Both the position numbers and the translations under genes were made by a program. The notes under the pieces were generated by a model. It ran no database searches. It was given only the letters and a program-made list of their open reading frames with translations, and was not told where the DNA came from. Source: Negaprion brevirostris (lineage: Eukaryota). Taken from it: a DNA stretch of 64,000 bases. Shown one piece after another: positions 51,615 through 62,250 of this stretch. The DNA is taken from assembly GCA_030324005.1 (NCBI GenBank), contig JARDVH010000121.1:26950549-27014548 (forward strand), read 5' to 3'. Position 1 is the first letter of the stretch; each line of letters begins with the position of its first letter.

Positions 51615-53268
51615 CTGGTGAGGCTGGTTGTCTACTTCTAAGCATTAGCAGCTATCTGACGACCAAGGCCAGAGTGGACGAAATGCCACACATTATAATC
51701 TCCTCCTTCTGTGCCTGGCATTTTAACACGAGTCTCACAACATCAGGTTAAAGTCCAACAGGTTTATTTGGTAGCACAAGCCACTAGCTTGTCCAATGCC
51801 GGCATCTCCAAATCATTTTAACANNNNNNNNNNNNNNNNNNNNNNNNNNNNNNNNNNNNNNNNNNNNNNNNNNNNNNNNNNNNNNNNNNNNNNNNNNNNN
51901 NNNNNNNNNNNNNNNNNNNNNNNNNNNNNNNNNNNNNNNNNNNNNNNNNNNNNNNNNNNNNNNNNNNNNNNNNNNNNNTGTGAAAATTCAAGGTCTCCCT
52001 GTAACCTGTGAGAATATACACCTAAATGTCCCACAAGACCACATGGTTTGGATACCCCAGCTCTCGTTTTTAATGATGTAAATTCATAAAAAAGATCCTT
52101 TCCCAGAGGCATCACTTGTTGAAAGAAAACTAGGCCCTGTCAATTTGTGCTCCTGACCATCACACCTTCACCTGCCAGGAACCTCCATTGTTAAAAATGA
52201 AAAAACTTGCTGAGGCCAGGAGACATTCCCTGATATGCATCAGGGTAGCTACTCATGCATGTCAATGTTATAGCTGAAATATCCATCCAGTGGAAAAGCC
52301 AAAAGCATCTGGATGAAGCTTGCCTGTAAAAATGCCACTTCAAGGAAAAGAAAATGGGCTCTTGACTTTAAGAGACTAGTCTATGACCTTCGCCAGCCTA
52401 CTTCACTGCTCCTCCTAACCTGACCAGGTTTACCTCAGCCAACCAAGGCGGTGGGTCTGACTGAGAGACTGCACCAAGCCAGGGGGGTCCCTTACATCCC
52501 CTCTCTACCACAGCCCAAACCCGCTAAGGGTGATAGGTATGCTTGGGTAGAAAGGCCCCAATGTGTCCAGCGGTTGTTGCTGACATACTGAAGGTATGGT
52601 GGGAGAATATCTGAATGGCTGCAGAGTTTTCATGGCTTTAATTGATAGCTGAATTCTAACCAACAATGGGAAGACCATTAGAAAGACAGTGGCATTAATT
52701 TGTGCGAGGGGTGGTAAGGAGTAAAATCAAAATTAAGTTTCTCTTAACTCAAGAGAAGATGCTTCTGGCTTTTTTGCAGTAAACTACTGAAAATTATTTT
52801 GCAAACGAAAACAAAAGGCCCATTTTATAGGCAAGTAAATGTGTTGAAGAATTGTATGAATGCCCAACTAATAATGGAGGTCCACCCATTCCCTAATTTT
52901 GGGGTTTGCAAATGCATGATTGGCTGCAAACATGCCAGTCTGAATTAGGGTTAAAACATTTTTAATACATGAATGATCATCCACTATTCTATAAAAATTG
53001 TTTTAAGATGCATTATATATGAAACTAAGCCAGAAGGTACAGTGCTACAATCCAGCTGCACACATTTCTTCCTGCATGAGCTTAGGATAAAATGAAGGAT
53101 GCAGCCCCTCAGAAATTAAGCCTGATGTCCAAATGTTGCAACATGATCTTCAGTGTTCAGCTAAAGCTACCAAAATGTTAATGTAAACAGTACAAGATTT
53201 CTCCTCACCAATGATTCAATGCATAGGAGTCAATGAACATAATCAGCCCATCAACCTTTTAAAAATCT
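50560..53268 (-). other. Probable ZNFX1 3'UTR ending at a cluster of poly(A) signals
   Basis: Three TTTATT (AATAAA on the minus strand) at ~50585, 50599 and 50635, in an AU-rich block. The extent is inferred without transcript data. Confidence 0.5.
51571..51612. repeat. (AC)21 microsatellite
   Basis: Perfect dinucleotide run. Confidence 0.99.
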
Positions 53269-55701
53269 TCAAAGTTCTTCAAAATTTAACATATTGTTTG
53301 CAGCATCTGACCAGGCAGGGTGTCGAGCTCCATCCATTTCTGAAGCCACTTGATTGCTACTCTCTAAAGCATGGTTCATACCACCAATGGCTGCATTACA
53401 ATCTGGACATTTCGCTCTTTGCATTGCACCTCCGCACTCTGTGATAACGTAGACATGTCCATTTGGGCACTTATACCAGTGACCTTGGCGAAGGCCCATT
53501 GCTTTCACTATCAACACTTTCTCTGCCTCGGATATAGCAAGACCAGTTTCGGGTAGAACCGACTTCAGTGTTTTCATTTTCTCTTCAACAAACCTCTCAT
53601 CATCTTCAGTGAACTTTTTTGTGCACTCGAGGATCTTCTGCACACACGCGATATCGTGTTCCGTTGAAAAATCTAGCTTTCTGCCTGATGCCATGTTGCA
53701 CCGGACATAAAGATCAGAAAGAAATGTTAGCCTCTGAATTTCACTTTGAAGATCAATAAGCTCCTGCCCTGTGAACCTCCCTCGAGATTTATCTATCCAC
53801 TTCAAACACTCAAGCAACTTAGTATTGAGCTTGGCTTTCAGGGGAAAATTTAATCTCATTTCCTGACGTTTAAGTTCGGCAAGTCTGGAGAGAAATGCAA
53901 TTTTATTCTCAATAACCGTCAGACCCTGTAATGACAGGGGAGATGACTGTAGTGCAGAAGACAGGTTTTTATCCTGCTCTGGGAATTGTTCAGCTATAAT
54001 GGAGTGCTTCTTCAGTTCAGACTCCAGCTGTTTCCTAAGTTGGTTATTTTTCTCTGCATCTCCTTGGACAATCTTCTTGACTTTTTCAATTTCACAGAGA
54101 CTGTTTTTTATTATGGTCCCATAGCGCAAATTCTTCCTGATGGGCATTCGGCACTTTGGACAATCCTTCAGCTTTATGACTGTGTTATTGTCTTCTGCCT
54201 CCTGATTCATGTACTGGTCAAAACTAGTCACCTCAAAAATATGGCAGCAGTCTTCCAGCTGAACAAATCTGGCATCGGGCTCATCTTCATTCCCGAAGAA
54301 GATTTCAGTGAGTTCAGCAGCATTGCATACACGACACAGTTTAGGGCAAGGCTCGCCACAAAGGCCGACACAAGGGTGCTGACATTTCAGGAGTTTCCTG
54401 CATGGCTTATTGCAAGGAGGCCTGTCGCAGGGCTCTGAGCAGAGCTTATTGCACCTATAGTGCCGACAGACCCATTCGCAAGGCTCCACACAAGGCGTGC
54501 ACAGCTCCCCGCACTTCCTGCCACATTTACTATGCTTGCATAAGTTTTCGCAACGCCGCTGGCATGGTGGGCATTGGTTTGTGCACGGTTCCAGGCACTC
54601 GTGTGAACAGATTAACAACCGCCTGCAAGGCTGTTTGCAACTCTCATGAAAGCGGCCTTCGTGGCAACGATGGCAAGATCCAGGACAGCTGTGGCCGCAG
54701 TCCAGGTGCATTGTGCATTTTTCTTTGCAAGGAACACATCGTCCAATCTTTGCAGCCTCTTTTATGTAACACTCCACTTCCTGGACGTGATCACATTTGA
54801 GGGTTATTGATACTTTTATGGTGCAGATTGCACAGTCTTCTCCACAAGCTGCAGAACATTTATGGCCGCAGTGCAGGATTTTTGAACATGGTTCCTTACA
54901 GACAAAATCTTCTGGGTTCTTAGAGCAAGGCACTTTCTGCAAGTGCCCGCACTGAGGAATCACTTTATCCACCTTGACTTGGCATTTGCCACATTTCTCG
55001 TAGCAGGACTTTGCACACCTATGTCCATCATTACAAAGTACTTTCTGACAGGGTTTCAAGCAATTAAATTGCTTGTGCTCCATATCATATGGATGGCATG
55101 CTCTGGTACAAACATGGCCACAGTCTAGCCTGTACTCACAAGGCAGGCTGCAACCTCCCTCGGGCACTTTGCAGAAATCTTCTGCTTTGGACACCAGGGT
55201 CATTGTTTTTGGGTGATTCTGACAGGTCAACAGCAGTGAGTGACCGATGTTGGCTTTTTCACGCAGCGTATGCATGATCTTGCTCCACAGAGGAACATTT
55301 GCTAGAATACTCATGTTTCCAATGCAGTAAAGACCTTTCTTGGCTCGAGAGAGCGCCACACAGACTCTGTTTGCTATTTGCAAGAATCCCACATTGCCTT
55401 TCTTATTGCTCCTCACAAGCGAAAGCAGAATAATATCATTCTCCTCTCCCTGGTATTTGTCAACCACGTGCACCTTCACGCCAGCAAATTTCTTGGACGG
55501 CATCATCTTGCGCAACGTGAAGAGCTGGCCTGTATAGGTGGTGAGGATGGTAATCTGAGAAGGCTGGTAATCCTGACAGATGAGATAGTAACAAAGTGAT
55601 ACAACAAAGGCGGCTTCATGCAGGTTCTGATGGCTCTTCCCATCCTGGATTTCCTCTTCGGGGTAATCGTGTTCTACAAAGAACAGGTTTGAAGAGATGC
55701 C
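53269..55701 (-). CDS. ZNFX1: ZNFX1 terminal coding exon: helicase motifs V/VI, NF-X1 zinc-finger array, RING-like segment and C-terminal RZ finger (810 aa)
   Basis: ORF 53269..55776; the true exon starts at tctccacag|GGC (GISSNLFFVEH). Contains VDKYQGEENDIILLSLVRSN, NRVCVALSRAK, repeated CGHxCxxxC units and GHWYKCPNGHVYVITECGGAMQRAKCPDCNAAIGGMNH. Confidence 0.97.
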   Translation of the reverse strand, partial: GISSNLFFVEHDYPEEEIQDGKSHQNLHEAAFVVSLCYYLICQDYQPSQITILTTYTGQLFTLRKMMPSKKFAGVKVHVVDKYQGEENDIILLSLVRSNKKGNVGFLQIANRVCVALSRAKKGLYCIGNMSILANVPLWSKIMHTLREKANIGHSLLLTCQNHPKTMTLVSKAEDFCKVPEGGCSLPCEYRLDCGHVCTRACHPYDMEHKQFNCLKPCQKVLCNDGHRCAKSCYEKCGKCQVKVDKVIPQCGHLQKVPCSKNPEDFVCKEPCSKILHCGHKCSAACGEDCAICTIKVSITLKCDHVQEVECYIKEAAKIGRCVPCKEKCTMHLDCGHSCPGSCHRCHEGRFHESCKQPCRRLLICSHECLEPCTNQCPPCQRRCENLCKHSKCGRKCGELCTPCVEPCEWVCRHYRCNKLCSEPCDRPPCNKPCRKLLKCQHPCVGLCGEPCPKLCRVCNAAELTEIFFGNEDEPDARFVQLEDCCHIFEVTSFDQYMNQEAEDNNTVIKLKDCPKCRMPIRKNLRYGTIIKNSLCEIEKVKKIVQGDAEKNNQLRKQLESELKKHSIIAEQFPEQDKNLSSALQSSPLSLQGLTVIENKIAFLSRLAELKRQEMRLNFPLKAKLNTKLLECLKWIDKSRGRFTGQELIDLQSEIQRLTFLSDLYVRCNMASGRKLDFSTEHDIACVQKILECTKKFTEDDERFVEEKMKTLKSVLPETGLAISEAEKVLIVKAMGLRQGHWYKCPNGHVYVITECGGAMQRAKCPDCNAAIGGMNHALESSNQVASEMDGARHPAWSDAANNMLNFEEL

Positions 55702-56279
55702 CTGTGGAGAAAATTGTGTGAAAGGAGAGATTAAAACGAAGTATGGAAAAACAAGACAACGCAACAAATTCCCCAACTAACTAAAGTTGTGTTATGCGGA
55801 ACACAAAACACATTGGTACAGACAACACAGAGACAGATTGGAAGTATCTGTTTTACTGAGGGAGTATGGAACCCTTCTTTGAGAAGACCTAACAGGGAAA
55901 CTAACAGGGATGCCTGGCATTCCTTTTGCAAAAGATTTGAGACCTTTAATTTCAAAATGGTTCTGGCCACCAAATATGTGATGTGCATTGTCACCCATGA
56001 AATTAAACTGTACTGGCAAGGCCATTCTATACACTGCATCATAAAGAAGTAATGGCAACATTAAATACTTGACTTCTTTAGTGTGGTGGTGCTGCCAGGC
56101 AGCGCTGATTTATTGCAGGTCAGCACTTTTAAAATCTCAAACTTAAATGCTTCCTGCTGGGCCACCTGTAACCTGCTTTAGAATGAGGCATGCAGGATTA
56201 AATGTGGGGATGTACATCTGATGTGATTTGGAGATTTTTTAGCTATTTTTTGTTATTCTAGTGACTAACATGAGAAGCC

Positions 56280-56820
56280 TTCACACTTGCTACTTTATTA
56301 CATCTATTTCAACACACTCCTGGCCAGTTTCCCATATGCTACCCTTCATAATCTTGATGTCATCTCTCTTGTTCTCATGGTAACTTTTACCAAGGCCCGC
56401 CCATCTCTCACTTGTATTGACGAACCTATATTGGGTTCTGGATAAACAATGCCTCTATTTTTGAAATTCTTGTTCTTGATTTTAAATCCTTCCATGGCCT
56501 CAACCTACCTCTGTAATCTCCTCCAACCTTATAATATTGCTTCTTTAAATCTATTTTCAAGATCACCCTCAATTTTAATTGCTCCTTCACTGATGGCTAT
56601 GCCTTCAGTTGTCCAGGCCCTAAGCTCTGGAATTTCCTCCCTAAACCTTTACATCCTGCTCTTTCTCTCTTTCATTCTTCATGATGTTCCATAAAGCTTA
56701 CCTTTCCAAAGAAGCCTTGGGTCAGCTCCCCTAATCTCACTTTACGTGGTACAGTGTCAAATTTACTTTATAATGTCCTATGAAGTGCTTGGGGACATTT
56801 TATTACGCTAAAGATACCAG
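56280..56820 (+). mobile_element. L2-type LINE 3' fragment
   Basis: FKSFHGL...YLCNLLQPY and AFSCPGPKLWN-like remnants; L2-like tail GTGCTTGGGGACATTTTATTAC. Confidence 0.6.
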
Positions 56821-57169
56821 GATTTTCTTCAGTCATAGGCTGTGGGTCTCGTTAATTATTTATTTTCCATCTTTAATTGTCCTAAAGAAAGTGCTGGTGA
56901 GCCCACTTCTTGTAATCCATGTGGTTTAGGTGCACCACAGAACTGCTCGGAGGGGAGTTTGAGGATTTTGACCCAGCGACTGTGGAGAAACGGCCATGTA
57001 AATGCAAGTATTGTTGTCAACAAAAGCTTTCATAATCACAAATGTTTCAGCGGCATCACTAAACTACTGCAACGATCAGAGTGAAACCACTGTAAATGCT
57101 ATTCATTTTGTACTCCTTTCATTCCCCCCAAAAAAGGACTAATCACAAATGTAGAAATGCAGTTCAAAC

Positions 57170-57265
57170 CTTGATGTTTTCATAATTCAGCACAGATGGG
57201 TGATTCTCCAGTTGTTCATAGATGTGAGGACTCAAAAGTGCAGCTATTTCAGGCCTCATGCGATG
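57170..57265 (-). CDS. ZNFX1: ZNFX1 penultimate coding exon: HRMRPEIAALLSPHIYEQLENHPSVLNYENIK
   Basis: attccag acceptor, GTTTGA donor, 96 nt, phase 0; the UPF1-like QHRM motif spans the upstream junction. Confidence 0.95.
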
Positions 57266-58124
57266 CTGGAATACATAAAATCAATGGCAGAATTATTACT
57301 TTGTCCCGATTGTTAACCTCCCCCATACAACCTAGTTTAGATTCCACAGATATTAAACTCATGGGGAAATGAATCGAAGTCAGTCATGGATATCTTCTTG
57401 GATTTAATGGAGTCTGCTACTCCCTTAAGCATTCTAAGTATCTTGCATTCATGAAACTTGATTTGTGCTCAATCTCTCAGTATGTCAGCATCTGCTTGAA
57501 TCCTGACCAAGTGATTGTGGCTGAAAAATGTGACAACTACAATGATCAGGAGGGGAAGGTAGGTAGTTAGGTGATCGAAAAGAAAGGCATCAAAAAGAGC
57601 AAGAAGCGATTCTCATAGGTGAGATGGCCTGGGGTTCGGAGGAAGCTTGCAAAGGCAGAGATATTGGGTACAGGACTGGTATGTTCTGGAAAAGTGGAAA
57701 ATAGTAGTATTCTGATTCCCTTGGGCAAATGACACCAAATAAAAAAAGTAAATTTCACTTGAAATAGTTGATGCAAAAAAGATATGTTTAACTCAGTCGT
57801 ACAAGCATTTCCATCCCTGCTCACATGAATATGGCACTATATAAGTACACAATTCCACAAGATGTTGTTCTTTATTCATGCAGGATTGGTCAGAAGTCCT
57901 ATCCCACAACAGCTTTCACCTTTGAGTTTCACGGGTATGATTATCATCAGCAGGGCACACTTCCTCAAACCTTCTCTCCTTCAGGCCACAACAGTCCTGA
58001 TGGTGTAGCTTTCCAGAGTTCCTTTCAACCAACCAGCAATTACACCTCAATTCACGGTTTAGCCACTTCTGGGAAAACAAGAGGATGCCTAGGCAGTTGC
58101 TGGCTTTCTGTCCCTCCTTTAGCT

Positions 58125-58445
58125 CTGTCCACACTTCCTGCTGCCTCGGAAAAGCAACCAGCATAATCAAGGACCCCATGCACCTTGGACATACTCTCTT
58201 CCACCTTCTTCCATCAGAAAAAAGATACAAAAGTCTGAGATGACGTACCAACCGACTCAAAAAGTAGCGTTTCATTGCTGCCATCAAACCTACCTCGCAT
58301 TAAGTTGACCTTTCTCTACACCCTAGCTATGACCGCAACACCACATTCTTCACCCCTTTCTCTACATATGGTATGCTTCCTGTATAATGCGCAAGAAAAA
58401 TACTTTTTATTGTACACTAATGTGACAATAATAAATCAAATCAAA
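58125..58445 (+). mobile_element. Rex1-type LINE 3' end
   Basis: Matches 16460-16795, including the AATAATAAATCAAATCAAA tail. Confidence 0.8.
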
Positions 58446-58449
58446 ATGA

Positions 58450-59071
58450 AATCCATTGGTGCATCCTGAAATTCACTTTAATCTTAAAATGGCTTTTCAA
58501 TTTTCTCCATAGCTTGGCTGGATTTATCTGGTCATTATCAGACTGACCAAAACTATTAAGGTTGCACACAACTTCGCTTCCAATGGTGATCCTAACTTTG
58601 ATAGCTTGCTTCTATGGATTCAGAGCCCCATGATCATGGAAGTATTGTTGAATCCCCTGTTTCAATAGTCTGAAAATAGTCTGATATTTTCCAGTCAGTC
58701 TCTGGAAATCTTCCTGCCATTATCTCAGCCCTTTATTCGCTAAGCAGCAACTGTTGCTTTACGAGTTGTGGCTGCAGAGATGAGAAGGAGCCATGCTTTT
58801 TTAAATGTTGTTTTCTTCTCAGTTTGGCTGGCTCATTACGGCTGCCACCATATTGCACTATCACTTTCCAGACTAATACAAGCCCAGTTGAAGGCAGGCG
58901 TAGAAGGTGAACACAGATCTTTAATGAAGACTTCTACAACTGCTGCTCACTGTGCAGACCAACTAAGATGGCTGCTCCATAACGTGACACTGTGTCACTT
59001 CCTATGACAAAATGATTTACATAATATATGTAAGTGAGTATACTTTACAAACGGGTAAGCACACTATCACA
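58450..59071 (-). mobile_element. Gypsy LTR retrotransposon 5' end: ~220-bp LTR (58851-59071), tRNA-Leu PBS (58838-58850) and decayed gag start (ATG 58720)
   Basis: LTR begins TGTGATAG. TGGTGGCAGCCGT matches 12/13 of the complement of the vertebrate tRNA-Leu(AAG/TAG) 3' end. Gag-like MAGRFPETDW...KQAIKVRITIG...QINPAKLWRKLKSHFKIKVNFR. Confidence 0.65.
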
Positions 59072-59683
59072 ATAATATCCCACCTAAGTCGTTCATTTTA
59101 ATGAGCTAACTTGGAACAGCAACCAACAGTAGGTCTACTAGTGCCTCGGTATATGCTGGGTCCACACTCTCACTAGCATACACACATATCACACCCTTGA
59201 TGTTAGTGATGTTCCTCGGTTAAGTTCTTGGTTTGTTGGCTGACTCTGTTGCTATAGCACGAGACTGAAACATGTGTTGTGGATGTGGAAGTTGTGGGAA
59301 CTTAATGACTGGGAATTTCTGAACAAGACAACTTTAAAGATCATTCAATGCACTTCAGCTATCTCTCATACCACATTTTATACCTGTTGACAGAAGGAAG
59401 AATTTGTGCCTGGGGAGATTTTGCTCATCACAAATTCCTTCACGTTAACAGTCAGTTAGGATTAATGTAACAGCAGAAGAGATTTTCAAGCAGTTTATCA
59501 CTTGCGTGGCTGAATCAGCTACATTATAAATAACCAGTTCTTGAGAAAACAGCATCATGTAATTTTATGCTTATTTTTATGACAGAAAATGTCACCCTTT
59601 TAACCAGTTAAACAATAGCTGTGCCCCAGCAACATTGAAATGAGGCTGTCAAAATACTTTTGATGCATTTCACCCATTCTCAC

Positions 59684-59794
59684 CTGATAATCTAGTCGTA
59701 CGTATGGAACGTTGACTTTTACAAGACGTTCAAATAAAGACACTTCCAGGTAGAAGTTTCTGGCTAGATCGTACACTGTAGCACTGGGACGAAG
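59684..59794 (-). CDS. ZNFX1: ZNFX1 coding exon: LRPSATVYDLARNFYLEVSLFERLVKVNVPYVRLDYQ
   Basis: ctttcctgacag acceptor, GTGAGA donor, 111 nt, phase 0; SLFERL motif of UPF1-like SF1 helicases. No further upstream exon was recognised in the window. Confidence 0.95.
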
Positions 59795-60689
59795 CTGTCA
59801 GGAAAGCATTGTGTGTTAATAACTGGACATAAGAGGCATAGAAAGCACAAGGAAATTCACATAACTGGGTCATTATCAATAATCAGACCACCACATCCAT
59901 CAAAGCTGCTGGAAATATTTAAAGAATAATTGCTTTGTAGTTTCAAATGCACTAATAGCATTTTTTTAATACTCGTTCATGGGCTGTGGGTGTCACTGGC
60001 TGGGACAACATTTATTGCCTATCCCTAATTGCCCTTCAACTGAATGGCTCGCTAGAGGACATTTAAGAGTCAACCATATTGCAGTGAATCTGTAGTCACG
60101 TGTAGGCCCGACCAGGTAAGAATGGCAGATTTCCTCCCCTAAAGAACATNNNNNNNNNNNNNNNNNNACAATCAACAATGGTTTCATGGTCATCGATAGA
60201 CTTTTAATTCCAGATTTTTATTGAATTCAAATTTCACCATCTGCTTTGGTGGTCCTGGGGTTTGTGTCTCTGGATTACTAGTCCAGTGACAATACTAATA
60301 TACACCACCTCGCCCATAAAGTAACATTCAATTATAGTCATTGGGTGGGCATCAACGAAAGCACACAGTCTGCAGCTTGACAAATTTGAAGAAGGAGCTA
60401 TGACCTCAAGAAACACAAAAATTAAGTACTGTCACTTCATGGCTGAAAGTATTGACCTGAATTTTCTACAGGTGAAGGTGTCATATGTATGGGACACGTT
60501 GTAACGTCTCTGCCTCTGGGCTAGAAGCACAGGAAGGTGCATTCATGATTTGGTCAAAAATGTTGATTTTCAGCCTCTACTTCCAATAAGCCTGATGACA
60601 GGAAGAAAAAGTGAGAAAGTTTTCTGTTTAACTGTACAGCAGAAGGTAATGGCAAACCAAGCATGCACCAATCCAATGGATGTCTTTGG

Positions 60690-62250
60690 TCAACAATGCT
60701 CTCTTAGAATGTACAACCTGATGGAAGAAGAGGATAATATGCATGAACTGTACAGCTCAACTAATAGTATGGCTGGGGAGAAAGGCGGCAGAGAAAAGCC
60801 AGAGAACTGCTGTAAGATCTGTGAGCCTAATGTCAGTGTTGGGTAAGATGTTGGAGGGGATTCTAATGAGACAGGATCTACATGCATTTGGAAAGGCAAG
60901 GACTGATTAGGAATAGTCAGCATGGCTTTGTGCATGGGAAATTCTGTCCTACAAATTTGATAGTGAATTTTGAAGGGATGACCAAGAAAATAGAAAATAG
61001 AGAATAGAGGCTGGATAGGCCGGGCCATTTTCCTTGGAGCATACGAGGATGAGGGGTGCCCTTATATTGTGGTAGATATTGGCCACATGGATTTCAGAAA
61101 GGTACCACATGGTAGACTGGTCAGTAAAGTTTGATCACATAGGATCCTGAGAGAACTAGCCAAACTGGATACAAAATTGACTTGCCAGTAGGAGACAGAG
61201 GGTGGTGGTACAGGGTTGTTTTTCAGACTGGAGACCTGTGACCAATGGTGTGCTGCAAGGATTGGTGCTCTTCGGCATTTATATAAATGATTTGGATTAG
61301 TATAAAGTATGCATTGTTAATAAGTTTGTGGACCTCACCAAAATTGGTGGTGTAGTGGACAATACAGAAGGAGTTATGACCTCCTAAGACTACCATGGGA
61401 TCTTGATCAATAGTGCCAGTGGACCAATGAATGGTAAATGGAGTGTAATGCAGATAAATGCGAGGTGTTGCATTTTGGTAAGAAACCAGGGCAGGACTTA
61501 CACAGTTAATGGTAGGGCCTGCGGAGTGTTGTCAAACAGAGAGACCTAAGGGTGCAGGTACATAGTTTCTTGAAAGTGGCATCATAGGTAGACAGGATGG
61601 CAAAGGCAGCATTTGGCACACTTGCCTTCATAGGTCAGAGCATTGAGTACAGGAGTTGAGGCATGATATTACAACTGTACAAGACATTGGTAAGGCCACA
61701 TTTGGAGTACTGAAACAGTTCTGGTCATCCTGCTATAGGAAGACGTTATTAAACTGGAAAGGGTGCAAGAAAGACTTACATGGATGTTACCAAGTCTGGA
61801 AGATTTGAATTATAAAGGGAGGCTGGATAGATTGGGACTTTTTCCTTAGGGCATAGGAGGATGAGGGGTGACCTTATAGAGATTTATAAAATCATGAGGG
61901 GCATAGATAAGGTGAATAGCCAAGGTCTTTTCCCCAGGGTGGGAGAATCCAAAACTAGAGGGCATAGGTTTAAGGTGAGAGGGGAAAGATTTAAAAGCAA
62001 CCTGAGAGTCAACATTTTTCATACAGTGGGTGGTGCATGTATGGAATGAGCTGCGAGAGGAGGTGGAAGAGGTGAGTACAATAACAACATTTAAAAGACA
62101 TTTGGACAAGTACGTGGCTAGGAAAGGTTTAGAGAGATATGGGCCAATTGCAAGCAAATGGGATGCTTTCAGTTTCGGAAACCTAGTTGGCATGGACGAG
62201 TTAGGTTGTAGGGCCTGTTTCTGTGTGTATACCTCTATGACTCTATGACA
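60690..62250 (+). mobile_element. CR1 LINE RT and 3' end
   Basis: MRGDLIEIYKIMRGIDKV...TRGHRFKVRG; (CTCTATGA)n tail at ~62233-62248. Confidence 0.9.

Noticed and set aside
51725-51820. Penelope-type terminal fragment in the ZNFX1 3'UTR as a possible ribozyme
   Set aside because: The CUGANGA/GAAA core is absent from this copy.
53986-55599. Plus-strand ORFs of 60-150 aa overlapping ZNFX1
   Set aside because: Antisense shadows of the long coding exon, with no recognisable motifs.
55702-55776. N-terminal 25 aa (MGNLLRCLVF...) of the 835-aa ORF
   Set aside because: Intronic read-through upstream of the splice acceptor at 55702; the real protein continues from exon 57170-57265.
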